A stretch of DNA of 64,000 nucleotides, from the NCBI GenBank assembly GCA_021648045.1, contig JAKITM010000004.1:632-64631 (forward strand). Direction: 5' to 3'. Origin of the DNA: Lysobacterales bacterium (GTDB taxonomy: Bacteria > Pseudomonadota > Gammaproteobacteria > Xanthomonadales > SZUA-36). A model generated the notes under the pieces. The model was given only the letters and a program-made list of their open reading frames with translations. It made no database searches and was not told the DNA's origin. Made by a program: the position numbers and the translations under genes. Of this stretch, positions 21,098 to 30,932 are shown in pieces. Positions within the stretch are counted from its first letter, which is position 1. Each line of letters starts with the position of its first letter.

Positions 21098-22864
21098 TTA
21101 CCCATCTTCACTGATTGCTACCTGCGATGTTTTTTCATTTGTTTCAGCAGTAGTTTCCGCCGTAGTTTCTGGGGCCAATTTCGCAGGCGAATTACCGGGT
21201 TCTAGCTCTGGTTCTGACTCTTCATTTTTGAAATACATATAACGACTATAGTGGTGATCCATCACATTATGTTGCCAACCGCCCAGGCGTTGACTGACCA
21301 TCCTTTTTGTCACATAAGTGTAAAGCGGCACCAAGGGTTGATCCGCAATCATAATCGCTTCTGCAGCCTGAAGTAACCTGCGCCGGCGTAGCGGAATTCG
21401 CTCCTGACTTGCTTGCAACAACAGACTGTTAAAATCCTCATTATTATAGGCAAAGTCATTATCACCGCTGATATTCGTTAACAAGTCCAGAAAGCTTACA
21501 GGATCATTATAGTCACTGATCCAACCGGCCCGGAACACCTGGGTTAAAACTTTATGCCGGCGGTTCTGCAAAAAAACCTTCCACTCTTCATTGATCAGGT
21601 GTGACTGAACCCCCAGTTTCTGCCGCCACATGGAGGTAACTGCCAGCGCAACCTTTTTATGATTCTCGCTGGTGTTATAGCGAAACTCTACCACCAGCGG
21701 CTTTTCTTCGCTGTAGCCTGCCTGCGCATAGTACTCCAGCGCGGCGATGTCCCTTTCTGCCTGCGTCCAACTCGCCCACTCCGGTTCCTGGGGCGTATAA
21801 TTTGGACTCCCCGGCGGCACCAGCGCATACGCAGGTTGCTCACCAAAGCGCGTCACTTTCTCGGTCAACAAATCGCGGTCTACCGCAAGTGCTAAGGCTA
21901 AGCGCAAGGCTTTATTGCCCCGGAAAGGCTCGCGGGAAAGGTTAAAACCGAGAAAATAAGAACCCATCCAAGGGCTCAGAACTAACTCATCCGCCATGTT
22001 TTTAAGTAGCCACTGGTACTGGCCAATAGGAACATCATTGGTCCAGTCCAGTGCGCCAGAGCGGAACAGCTTGATTTCGGTGGATTGATCCGGAAGCACA
22101 TAAAAGCGTACTGTTTCTATACCCACGCTATCAGCATCCCGGTAATACGGATTCTTCTTTAGTTCGATGAATGACCTCACCGCCCACTTGGTTAGCTGAT
22201 AGGCACCGTTAGAAACCAGTTGGCCCGGATGGGAAAAAGAGCCTTTAGCAGCGCGTAATGAGGCCTGGTGAAGCGGGTAAGTTGCTGAGTGATTGAGCAT
22301 TCCCAGAAAGTATGCGGTTGGTGAGGTCAGATGGATTTGTAGGACAAATTCTTCCAGCGCCGAAACCCCCAATGCGGATGGCATTTTTTTGCCTGCCAGA
22401 ATCTCGGTAGCATTTTTTATTGGCGCGAGCATACCGGCATAAACGGAGGCGGTTTCCGGGGTAACACTGCGGCGTAAGCTAAATACAAAATCACCCGCGG
22501 TTACCGGGTCACCGTTGGACCAGCGCCCCAATGGATCTAGGTAAAAGGTATAGGTCAGGCCGTCCGCGGATATATTCCAGCGATGCGCGGCTCCGGGGAT
22601 AATATTGCCGTCTGCCGTTTCAGTAGTGAGGCCTTCAAACAGGTCTCTGAGTATATTCGCTGAGGGCACACCGGTCGCCCGGTGGGGATCCAACGTTTGC
22701 GGCTCCTCGCCATTGCCGCGCCGTAAAACTAGGCTATTGGCAGCTTTTTCATCACCATCGGAAAACAGCGGCGCCTGATCATCATCCGTCGATTTCCCAC
22801 AGGCAACAACAAGCACACTGAGAAGCATCACCAGCCAGATCCGCTTTGAGCAGGCGAATGTCAT
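21098..22864 (-). CDS. Family-5 (peptide/nickel) ABC substrate-binding lipoprotein with an acidic/Thr-rich C-terminal tail
   Basis: 588 aa with a lipobox-like VVAC. The SBP_bac_5-like core follows, then a ~40-aa low-complexity tail (ESEPELEPGNSPAKLAPETTAETTAETNEK...). Confidence 0.85.
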   Translation of the reverse strand: MTFACSKRIWLVMLLSVLVVACGKSTDDDQAPLFSDGDEKAANSLVLRRGNGEEPQTLDPHRATGVPSANILRDLFEGLTTETADGNIIPGAAHRWNISADGLTYTFYLDPLGRWSNGDPVTAGDFVFSLRRSVTPETASVYAGMLAPIKNATEILAGKKMPSALGVSALEEFVLQIHLTSPTAYFLGMLNHSATYPLHQASLRAAKGSFSHPGQLVSNGAYQLTKWAVRSFIELKKNPYYRDADSVGIETVRFYVLPDQSTEIKLFRSGALDWTNDVPIGQYQWLLKNMADELVLSPWMGSYFLGFNLSREPFRGNKALRLALALAVDRDLLTEKVTRFGEQPAYALVPPGSPNYTPQEPEWASWTQAERDIAALEYYAQAGYSEEKPLVVEFRYNTSENHKKVALAVTSMWRQKLGVQSHLINEEWKVFLQNRRHKVLTQVFRAGWISDYNDPVSFLDLLTNISGDNDFAYNNEDFNSLLLQASQERIPLRRRRLLQAAEAIMIADQPLVPLYTYVTKRMVSQRLGGWQHNVMDHHYSRYMYFKNEESEPELEPGNSPAKLAPETTAETTAETNEKTSQVAISEDG

Positions 22865-24459
22865 CAGCGCTGCTCTAAATCGAGGTAACGAGATAAATGT
22901 ATATCCAGAGTGTTGTCGCTATAACCGCTCACGCGTTGATCCACTAAATGTCTGGAGACATAGTAATACAAAGGGATCATTGGGACATCATCCAATAATT
23001 GTTTCTCTGCCTGTTGCAGCAACTGCAAGCGCTGTTTAGGATTGGCCTGGTCTTCTGCCAGCGCCATTAAATTATTAAACCGCAGCGATTCATAGCCCGA
23101 CCAATTTTGCACATTATCACTGATGAACAACGACAGGAAAGTTACCGGGTCTGGGAAGTCACCAATCCAGCCACCACGGAAAACTTCAGTAATCACAGCC
23201 TGGTTGCGGTTATTTACAAATACTTTCCATTCTTCATGCACAATCCGGGTTACCACACCCAGGTTTTGTTTCCACATGGCAGATACCGCCAGCGCCATGC
23301 GTCGATGGGTTGAGGATGAATTAATTCGCAGCTCAAGATGCAAGGGATTTTCCTTGCTGTAACCTGCCTGCCGATATAATGCCACCGCGGTTGTTTCACG
23401 CGCTGCCTGCTGCTGGCCTGCGCCACCCGGGTATTGTTGTTGATATTCGCCGAGACCTGGAGGGACCAACGAAAAAGCGGGCTTTTCTCCCGCAGCCAAT
23501 ACCAGTGCTGTGAGTTTATCGCGATCTATCGCCAACAGCAGCGCGCGACGTAAATTCGTATTTCCAGCCAGTGGGGGCTGGCGTAAATTCAAACCCAAAA
23601 AGAAGGTGCCTAGGTAAGGATAAACTTTTAGTTCATCGGCATAGTTTTCTTTCAACCAGTTAAAACGAGCGGGGGGAATGGTTTCCGTCATGTGTAGCTC
23701 GCCGGCCCGGAAGCGGTTTAATTCTGTGTTTGGATTCGGAATGGGAATATACTCGATCCGTTCAAGTGCCACACTTTCACGACTATGAAAATGCGGATTA
23801 CGAATTAACACCAAACGATCATTTGGTGTCCATGAGGTTAAGGAATAGGCGCCATTAAAGGGCCCATTACGATGGCCCGCATTACCTACTGCCTCAGTTT
23901 TTTCTGTTAACGAATCGGCCAAGGGATAGGTCAGAGGATGTGCCAGCAGCCAGTTTAGCCAGGGCAATTTCCGATTGAGTCGGATTTCCAGGGTGTATTC
24001 ATCCAGCGCGCGAATACCCAAGCTGTCAATGGCTTGCGTGCCCAAGCGAATAGCCTTAGCATTGACCACCGAGTCCAATAGCACTGCATTCGCTGCAGCC
24101 GTTGTTGGAGCTACCGCGCGCTGCCAGCCGCGAACAAAATCTGCCGCTCTTAGCGGTGAACCATCAGACCAGTTCAAGTTTTGCTTCAAGTGAACGATAG
24201 CCAGTCGATCATCCGCCTGCATATCAATAGATTCCGCCACACCGTTTACTGGTTGCCCCGCCGCCGAGAGGGTCATCAAGCCTTCTCGAATATCCCGAAG
24301 CACATTCAGTGCCGATACCCCTTGGGCTAAATGAATATCGAGAGAGTCCGGTTCCGGGCCAAGACCACGCACCAGCTTTTCGCCAGCGGACACACTGAAA
24401 TTCAGCAGTAGTAAGATAACTAAGAATGGCAAGCGCATCAGATTAAATTTTTTCTTCAT
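22864..24459 (-). CDS. Family-5 (peptide/nickel) ABC substrate-binding protein (second, tandem copy)
   Basis: 531 aa with a signal peptide. It is paralogous in layout to the downstream SBP and is the first gene of the operon. Confidence 0.85.
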   Translation of the reverse strand: MKKKFNLMRLPFLVILLLLNFSVSAGEKLVRGLGPEPDSLDIHLAQGVSALNVLRDIREGLMTLSAAGQPVNGVAESIDMQADDRLAIVHLKQNLNWSDGSPLRAADFVRGWQRAVAPTTAAANAVLLDSVVNAKAIRLGTQAIDSLGIRALDEYTLEIRLNRKLPWLNWLLAHPLTYPLADSLTEKTEAVGNAGHRNGPFNGAYSLTSWTPNDRLVLIRNPHFHSRESVALERIEYIPIPNPNTELNRFRAGELHMTETIPPARFNWLKENYADELKVYPYLGTFFLGLNLRQPPLAGNTNLRRALLLAIDRDKLTALVLAAGEKPAFSLVPPGLGEYQQQYPGGAGQQQAARETTAVALYRQAGYSKENPLHLELRINSSSTHRRMALAVSAMWKQNLGVVTRIVHEEWKVFVNNRNQAVITEVFRGGWIGDFPDPVTFLSLFISDNVQNWSGYESLRFNNLMALAEDQANPKQRLQLLQQAEKQLLDDVPMIPLYYYVSRHLVDQRVSGYSDNTLDIHLSRYLDLEQR

Positions 24460-24514
24460 GAATTGGAATGATGTATCCTAGTGTACATCTGAATACATAC
24501 CAAAGAGAGTCAAC

Positions 24515-25867
24515 TTGGACAAAAATCAGCCTATTAGTGATGCACGAATCTTCACAGCCTACCTGGAATCCGGAAACAAGCTAAAATCCGACTGGCGAAT
24601 GGGTACCGAACACGAAAAATTCGGTTTTACCCGTGATGATTTAAAACCGCTGGCCTATGCCGGTTCGCGCGGTATAAAGGTTGTTCTGGAAGGGCTTTCC
24701 GGAAGGGGCTGGAATCCGGTTTACGAGGACGGCAACATCATTGCCCTAATGATGGATGATGGTTGCTCAATTACGCTTGAGCCGGGCGGGCAACTGGAGC
24801 TTTCCGGCGGTCTGCTGGATGATATCCACGCGACCTGCCGGGAAGTTAACGCCCACCTTGAGCATGTTCGCTCGGTTTGCGAACCACTGGATATTGGCTT
24901 TCTGGGGATGGGTTTTCAGCCTAAATGGAGCCGCGAAGATATTCCCTGGATGCCCAAAGGCCGTTATCAAATTATGCGTGACTATATGCCCAAGCGTGGC
25001 AATCTTGGGATCGACATGATGAAGCGGACCTGCACCGTGCAGGTAAACCTGGACTACTCATCCGAAGCTGATATGGTGCAAAAATTTCGCACATCCTTGG
25101 CCTTACAGCCAATTGCCACTGCCTTATTCGCGAATTCACCCTTTGTTGATGGCAAAGACAGCGGTTATCAAAGTTACCGCGCGCATATCTGGACCGATAC
25201 CGACCCAGACCGCACTGGCACTCTGCCGTTTATATTCGAGTCAGGCATGGGCTTTGAGCGTTATGTAGACTATATGCTGGATGTGCCGATGTATTTTGTG
25301 TATCGCAACGGTACTTACCTTGACGCTTCGGGTTTGTCCTTCCGCGATTTCCTGCAGGGTAAATTGTCGATTTTACCTGGCGAACTACCTACCATTCGTG
25401 ACTGGGAAGACCACATGACCACAGCTTTTCCGGAAGTTCGGCTGAAAAAATTCCTCGAAATGCGCGGTGCCGATGGCGGGCCCTGGCGCCGACTGTGCGC
25501 GCTGCCGGCCTTCTGGGTTGGTTTGTTGTATGACCAGCACTGTCTGGATGCCGCTTGGGATCTCTGTCGTGACTGGACCACCCAAGATCATGTTGATATG
25601 CGTCTGATGGTTGCAAAGCGTGGTTTGGAAGCAGAGTTTAAGGGGCGCATAATTGCTGATATTGCCAAAGATGTACTGGCAATAGCACATCAGGGTTTAA
25701 CTTCCCGCGCACGCCTGAATGCCATTGGTGATAACGAAGCAGGCTTTCTTGAGCCGCTGCAAATTGTTGCCACCACCCGGATTTCACCGGCGGAACGAAA
25801 GCGGCGACTATTTTATTCCGATTGGAATGAATCGGTTGATCCGGTTTTTGAGGAATGTGCCTATTAA
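24515..25867 (+). CDS. gshA: Glutamate--cysteine ligase, plant/proteobacterial GCS2 type
   Basis: 450 aa. Conserved segments include GTEHEKFGF, ITLEPGGQLELSG and FPEVRLKKFLEMRGAD. The apparent start is TTG at 24515, since no in-frame ATG occurs before conserved sequence. Confidence 0.88.
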   Translation: MDKNQPISDARIFTAYLESGNKLKSDWRMGTEHEKFGFTRDDLKPLAYAGSRGIKVVLEGLSGRGWNPVYEDGNIIALMMDDGCSITLEPGGQLELSGGLLDDIHATCREVNAHLEHVRSVCEPLDIGFLGMGFQPKWSREDIPWMPKGRYQIMRDYMPKRGNLGIDMMKRTCTVQVNLDYSSEADMVQKFRTSLALQPIATALFANSPFVDGKDSGYQSYRAHIWTDTDPDRTGTLPFIFESGMGFERYVDYMLDVPMYFVYRNGTYLDASGLSFRDFLQGKLSILPGELPTIRDWEDHMTTAFPEVRLKKFLEMRGADGGPWRRLCALPAFWVGLLYDQHCLDAAWDLCRDWTTQDHVDMRLMVAKRGLEAEFKGRIIADIAKDVLAIAHQGLTSRARLNAIGDNEAGFLEPLQIVATTRISPAERKRRLFYSDWNESVDPVFEECAY

Positions 25868-25869
25868 AC

Positions 25870-26421
25870 CTAAGCTTTAATCTCCAAGCTCTGTAGCTCA
25901 CCCGGCTGGAGTTTGTTCAGTTGCCAATCACCAATCGATGTTCGGATCAAACGCAGTGTTGGCAGGCCAACAACGGCTGTCATTCTCCTGACCTGACGAT
26001 TTTTTCCCTCGCTGATTACCAACTCTATCCAGCTGACCGGTATTTTCCGGCGTTGCCTGATTGGCGGTTGTCGGGGCCAAAGCCAGGCCGGCTTACGCGC
26101 CAATAAACGCACCCCGGCACGACCTGTTCGGCCATCTTTAAGGTGTACACCATCCGCTAGTTGCTGCAAAGCCCGGGCCGTTGGCACGCCCTCTACTTGC
26201 AGTAGGTAGGTCTTTTCTTTTTTGTAACGGGGATGGCTGATCCGTTGTTGTAATGCGCCATCATTGGTCAGCACTACCAAGCCTTCACTATCACGATCTA
26301 AACGCCCTGCAAGGTAGAACCCCGGGCGATTGATCCACTGCGCCAGTGTCGGCCGATCCTCAGTGTCGGTAAACTGGCTGAGCACCCCATAAGGTTTATT
26401 GAACAGCAGAATTTCAGCCAT
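25870..26421 (-). CDS. rluE: RluE/RsuA-family rRNA pseudouridine synthase lacking an S4 domain
   Basis: 183 aa. The catalytic motif is GRLDRDSEGLVVLTNDG and no N-terminal S4 domain is present, as in RluE. Confidence 0.8.
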   Translation of the reverse strand: MAEILLFNKPYGVLSQFTDTEDRPTLAQWINRPGFYLAGRLDRDSEGLVVLTNDGALQQRISHPRYKKEKTYLLQVEGVPTARALQQLADGVHLKDGRTGRAGVRLLARKPAWLWPRQPPIRQRRKIPVSWIELVISEGKNRQVRRMTAVVGLPTLRLIRTSIGDWQLNKLQPGELQSLEIKA

Positions 26422-26436
26422 CAGTCTGCTCCGTAA

Positions 26437-28938
26437 TTAAAACGGCAGTTCTAAATCCGGCCGCAATGACATGATTAAATCGCGGAAAGCATTTTGGATG
26501 CGATGCAAGGCCTCTTCAGTATCAGCATCAAAGCGCAGCACCAATATTGGCGTGGTGTTAGATGCCCTGACCAGACCCCAACCATCGTCAAAGTCTACCC
26601 GTAAGCCGTCAATGGTATTGATTTCTGCATCATCAAAATGGGCACGATCCTGTAGCAGGTCAACAAAGGTATGGTTCTCGCCTTCAGCCATTTCAACCTT
26701 GAGTTCAGGCGTGCTAACACCGTGAGGTAAGGCGCTCAGCACTTCTTCCGGCGACTCATTTTTCCAGGCCAGTATTTCCAGCAAACGACAGGCGGCATAA
26801 ATGCCATCATCGACGCCATACCAGCGTTCCTTAAAGAAAAAGTGCCCCGACATTTCCCCGGCAAAGGGAGACTTCATTTCCCGCATTTTATTCTTAATAA
26901 ACGAGTGCCCTGTTTTCCACATCAGCGGAACTCCGCCTGCTTCCCGAATCGCGTCGGTCAAATGCCGAGAGCACTTCACATCATAAATGATGGTAGCACC
27001 GGGATTTCGCGAAAGAATATCCTGAACAAACAGAATCATTAGTCGATCGGAATAAATTATTTCGCCGGAAGGTGTAACAACCCCAAGGCGATCGGCATCG
27101 CCATCGAAGGCAACACCAAGATCGGCATTTGTGCCCTTCACCGCTTTGATTAAGTCTTCGAGATTCTCCGGTACACTGGGATCTGGGTGGTGGTTTGGGA
27201 AAGTACCGTCAACATCATCATAAAGGGCTGCGACTTCCGCGCCAATTGATTGCAATACGGAAACCGCATTCACGCCGCCCACTCCGTTGCCGCAATCGGC
27301 TACTATTTTCAATGGCCTTGCCAATTGAATATCAGTAGATATTCGTTCCTGATAATGCGACAACACACCTTCAGTTCTGGTTACACCAACACCATCATCA
27401 AAGTCATCCTCGGCTATCATTCGATAGAGGTTTTGAATCTCCTCACTGGCCAGTGTTACCCCACCGATTACCATTTTCAAGCCATTATATTCAGGTGGGT
27501 TATGACTGCCTGTGACCATAACTCCAGAACCGGAGCCAAATTCAGCTGCGGCATAATACAGCACCCCGGTGGGCACCATTCCGATTTCAATAACATCACA
27601 GCCGGTACTCAACATCCCCCGTTTTAGGGCTTTGGTTAATACCGGGCCTGAAATTCTGCCATCACGGGCGACCACAACCGGGCCAGCCTCTCGCCTAACA
27701 GCTACCGTACCGACTGCCCGACCAATAAACCAGGCCGCATCCTCAGTCAGGGTTTCATTGACGATGCCACGAATATCATAAGCCTTGAATATGCTCGCGA
27801 CCGGCTTGACCCGCTGGTGTAGTTCAACCTCAGGAATCTTGGCAACAGGGGTCGGTTGGTGTAATTCTTGATATAGTTCAGGTTCAGGTTCAAGTTCAGG
27901 CTCTGACTCAGCCCCTGGGGCTGGATTTTCGACGTCCAGCTGCTGACTATTAAAGCTAGCCATTTCTTCAGCTTCGCGTTGTTTTTCAGTATCGGGGAGT
28001 ACTAGTTCGTTTTGTTTTTTTGTATCAGCAACAAGCTCAGGCGTAGACTCATCAATTACTCGTGCCTCAGGTTTCCGTAACCAGCCAATAACAAAAATCA
28101 ATAATCCCAGCAACAGCAATAATTTGGCGTTTTTTGAAGACTCCAACCCTGGCAGGGGCGGTTGTGACCAGCTGATATAAAAAAGTGAACCTCGAACAGC
28201 CTTACGGTCGGCACCAACCCAACCTTCAGGCGCTCTACCAATAGACTCCAGACTGACAAAGTGACTAGCTCCAGCAGACTGCTGCAAACTCAAAAAGCCC
28301 TTCACTGTGCCGACAGCATCAATGCGCTCGAAGAACTCCTCGGCCTTCCAGCTAACCAGCAAATAGCCTATATCCCCCTTCTCATCTTTCAGCTTGGTGA
28401 CACCAACCACCAAATTTCGACCGTCATCCTGCAGTACCTGAATCGCTGCGGTGCCGCTATTGTCTGCCTCCAGCAACATATCGTAAATCACATATTCCTG
28501 AGGGTAAATTGAATTGGCAAGAGATTTGACCGGTTTTTCCAGCAAGTCTGCGTCAAAAGTTCGTACATCGACAATGCTTTTGTCGGTTTCTCGCAATGCC
28601 GTCAACAATGTGCGGTAATCAATTTCTTTATTTACCCGCGCGCGCGCGCTTTCGATGGCCGAGGGAGAACGCAAAATTGATTGCAGTCGGCGTACCGTGG
28701 TTTCAGAGTCCTTATGCACACCTTCCGCCGCACGGACCAGAGCCCGGTGCTCAGACTCAATCACCATACTCTGGTAATATACTAAACCACCCAGCAACAG
28801 CAGCAGCAAGCCTAGGCCAAAGAAAACATACGCCAGCCAGCGAGGCAGCGGAGGTGGCTTGAAGTTATGTTTTTTCACAAATCGCTGCCAAGCTTTAGGT
28901 AGCCCTTCTTTATTGATTGATTTTTGTTCAAGCGCCAT
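26437..28938 (-). CDS. algC: Phosphomannomutase/phosphoglucomutase with a ~370-aa membrane-anchored N-terminal extension
   Basis: A single 833-aa ORF. The C-terminal ~450 aa form the PMM/PGM core (IFKAYDIRG, active-site TGSHNPPEYNG, metal loop FDGDADR). The N-terminus has two hydrophobic helices flanking a ~230-aa domain, then an acidic linker. Confidence 0.85.
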   Translation of the reverse strand: MALEQKSINKEGLPKAWQRFVKKHNFKPPPLPRWLAYVFFGLGLLLLLLGGLVYYQSMVIESEHRALVRAAEGVHKDSETTVRRLQSILRSPSAIESARARVNKEIDYRTLLTALRETDKSIVDVRTFDADLLEKPVKSLANSIYPQEYVIYDMLLEADNSGTAAIQVLQDDGRNLVVGVTKLKDEKGDIGYLLVSWKAEEFFERIDAVGTVKGFLSLQQSAGASHFVSLESIGRAPEGWVGADRKAVRGSLFYISWSQPPLPGLESSKNAKLLLLLGLLIFVIGWLRKPEARVIDESTPELVADTKKQNELVLPDTEKQREAEEMASFNSQQLDVENPAPGAESEPELEPEPELYQELHQPTPVAKIPEVELHQRVKPVASIFKAYDIRGIVNETLTEDAAWFIGRAVGTVAVRREAGPVVVARDGRISGPVLTKALKRGMLSTGCDVIEIGMVPTGVLYYAAAEFGSGSGVMVTGSHNPPEYNGLKMVIGGVTLASEEIQNLYRMIAEDDFDDGVGVTRTEGVLSHYQERISTDIQLARPLKIVADCGNGVGGVNAVSVLQSIGAEVAALYDDVDGTFPNHHPDPSVPENLEDLIKAVKGTNADLGVAFDGDADRLGVVTPSGEIIYSDRLMILFVQDILSRNPGATIIYDVKCSRHLTDAIREAGGVPLMWKTGHSFIKNKMREMKSPFAGEMSGHFFFKERWYGVDDGIYAACRLLEILAWKNESPEEVLSALPHGVSTPELKVEMAEGENHTFVDLLQDRAHFDDAEINTIDGLRVDFDDGWGLVRASNTTPILVLRFDADTEEALHRIQNAFRDLIMSLRPDLELPF

Positions 28939-28952
28939 TAATTTCCCCAGAA

Positions 28953-29417
28953 CTACTGCTTACCCGTATGCCCGAAACCACCTTCACCCCTGTGACTGGT
29001 GTCGAACTCAGTGACAACTTCCCATTTTGCCTGAACTACCGGGACAAATACAAGCTGGGCAATACGCTCACCCACCTCAATAGTGAATGGTTTAGTGCCA
29101 CGATTCCAGCAGGAAACAAATAACTGCCCCTGGTAGTCGCTGTCGATCAAACCCACCAAATTGCCTAAGACGATGCCATGTTTATGCCCTAATCCGGATC
29201 GCGGCAAAATTATAGCGGCCAGTTGCAGGTCTGCTACATGGATTGCCAGTCCGGTGGGAATCAGCGTAGTTTCTCCCGGTGCCAGCAGCAGGGCTGCACT
29301 CACACAGGCGCGCAAGTCCATCCCGGCAGAGCCACTAGTGGCATACTCCGGCAGTGCAATTTCTGCACCAATGCGCGGGTCTATTATTTTTAATTGTATT
29401 TGATTCAAGACTAACAT
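28953..29417 (-). CDS. dut: dUTP diphosphatase
   Basis: 154 aa with dUTPase motifs ([32 protein letters not shown]). Confidence 0.95.
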   Translation of the reverse strand: MLVLNQIQLKIIDPRIGAEIALPEYATSGSAGMDLRACVSAALLLAPGETTLIPTGLAIHVADLQLAAIILPRSGLGHKHGIVLGNLVGLIDSDYQGQLFVSCWNRGTKPFTIEVGERIAQLVFVPVVQAKWEVVTEFDTSHRGEGGFGHTGKQ

Positions 29418-29539
29418 CCCTGTTCTGCAACCTACCTGATTTAAAGATTATAGACTACATACCAGCACGATGATTGCCCCCTTTGCCTGCAACCACAAAT
29501 TTCCGACAATTAACACCATCAAAACACAGGCAAAAACCA

Positions 29540-30214
29540 ATGAGTATTAAAGACTGGCCAGAGCAACTACAACCACGCGAAAAACTATTGGCTTCAGGGG
29601 CGGCTTCTCTTTCCGATGCTGAACTATTAGCCATCTTCCTACGCACCGGTCTTGCCGGTGTTAGTGCACTAGAGCTTGCCAGCGAGATGCTCGATAGCCT
29701 GGGGGGTTTGCGACCCTTGTTTAACAGTAATGAATCCCGACTTACCCGCATTCGCGGCATTGGCCCGGCAAAGTTTGCCCAATTATCAGCTATTACCGAA
29801 CTCAACCAGCGCTACCTTAAAGAACAACTACAACGCAAAGCTGCCTTATCCGACCCCGAAAACACTCGCAACTACCTAATTAGTCTGCTGCGTGACCGCC
29901 GACGTGAAGTTTTCATTGCCCTTTATCTAGATAACCGCCACCGGGTTATTTGCCATGAGGAACTTTTTAAGGGCACCATCGACGGGGCTGCGGTTTACCC
30001 GCGGGTAGTGGCCGAACACGCGCTTAGACACAATGCTGCAGCTATCATTGTTGCCCACAACCACCCATCGGGGGTATCTGAACCCAGTAGCGCAGATGAG
30101 GCCATTACCCGCCGCCTACGCGATGCTCTGGCCTTGCTGGACATCCGTTTGCTGGATCATTTTGTGATTGGTGACGGCAGACCGGTGTCATTAGCGGAGC
30201 GCGGGATTTTATAA
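29540..30214 (+). CDS. radC: RadC/YicR-family JAB-domain protein
   Basis: The conserved N-terminus is [17 protein letters not shown]... (ATG 29540; the ORF is open from 29474). The JAMM motif is HNHPSG. It lies next to rpmB-rpmG, as is usual. Confidence 0.9.
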   Translation: MSIKDWPEQLQPREKLLASGAASLSDAELLAIFLRTGLAGVSALELASEMLDSLGGLRPLFNSNESRLTRIRGIGPAKFAQLSAITELNQRYLKEQLQRKAALSDPENTRNYLISLLRDRRREVFIALYLDNRHRVICHEELFKGTIDGAAVYPRVVAEHALRHNAAAIIVAHNHPSGVSEPSSADEAITRRLRDALALLDIRLLDHFVIGDGRPVSLAERGIL

Positions 30215-30336
30215 GCAATTTATAAGCGACTTATGCGGCAAAAATCGATTATAATGAGCGCTTATTCGCCGCAGCCGGCAAAAGTTGTAGATTCTCGCAG
30301 ATATCTCAGTTTTATCAACAATATTATTGAAATTTC

Positions 30337-30365
30337 TTGCATTCAACTGCAATATCGGTTATAAA
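30337..30365 (+). promoter_or_regulatory. Candidate sigma-70 promoter of rpmB-rpmG
   Basis: TTGCAT (30337-30342), a 17-nt spacer, then TATAAA (30360-30365), about 52 nt upstream of the rpmB ATG. Confidence 0.45.
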
Positions 30366-30417
30366 GTGCGGCTCGTTTTTACTTTTTTCAGATTTAATTT
30401 TTTGTAAGGAAATTCCG

Positions 30418-30654
30418 ATGGCCAGAGTATGCCAGGTAACAGGTAAGCGCCCCGCAACGGGCAACAATGTATCCCACGCTAACAATAGAACCCGGCGTCG
30501 GTTTCTCCCTAACCTTCAAAGCCACCGCTTTTGGGTAGAGTCTGAGAAGCGTTGGGTTAAACTGCGTATTACTACTAAAGGTTTGCGTATTATCGACAAG
30601 AAAGGCATTGATGCCGTGCTTGTAGATCTGCGTTCCCGCGGTGAAAAGTTCTAA
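30418..30654 (+). CDS. rpmB: 50S ribosomal protein L28
   Basis: 78 aa starting [34 protein letters not shown] (ATG 30418). The longer annotated ORF is only an in-frame upstream extension. Confidence 0.96.
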   Translation: MARVCQVTGKRPATGNNVSHANNRTRRRFLPNLQSHRFWVESEKRWVKLRITTKGLRIIDKKGIDAVLVDLRSRGEKF

Positions 30655-30681
30655 ATTCCGGTTAATTAGGAGAATACAATT

Positions 30682-30837
30682 ATGCGTGATAAAATTAAAT
30701 TAGTGTCTTCAGCCGGTACCGGTCATTATTACACTACCGACAAAAACAAAAAGAACACCCCTGAAAAGATGGAATACAAAAAATACGACCCACGGGTGCG
30801 TAAGCATGTCATCTATAAGGAAGCCAAAATCAAGTAA
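30682..30837 (+). CDS. rpmG: 50S ribosomal protein L33
   Basis: Not in the ORF track because it is too short. It reads [51 protein letters not shown] (51 aa). An AGGAG RBS lies 8 nt upstream. Confidence 0.93.
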   Translation: MRDKIKLVSSAGTGHYYTTDKNKKNTPEKMEYKKYDPRVRKHVIYKEAKIK

Positions 30838-30865
30838 ATCTAGCTTGATGGTTTACCGCTGTTCT

Positions 30866-30896
30866 AAAAAAACCTGCCGACTGGCGGGTTTTTTTA
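30866..30896 (+). terminator. Rho-independent terminator after rpmG
   Basis: The stem is AACCTGCC (30871-30878) / GGCGGGTT (30883-30890) with one G-U pair and loop GACT. A T-run extends to 30895 and an A-run precedes the stem. Confidence 0.75.
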
Positions 30897-30932
30897 TAGC
30901 CGTTGCATCTACAATCAGCGAGCGATCCTCCA

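Noticed and set aside
27870-27915. The same ESEPELEP peptide string occurs in the AlgC linker and in the C-terminal tail of the 588-aa SBP (about 21190-21225)
   Set aside because: The two are encoded by different codons and lie in low-complexity acidic linkers. This is most likely compositional coincidence, not a shared module.
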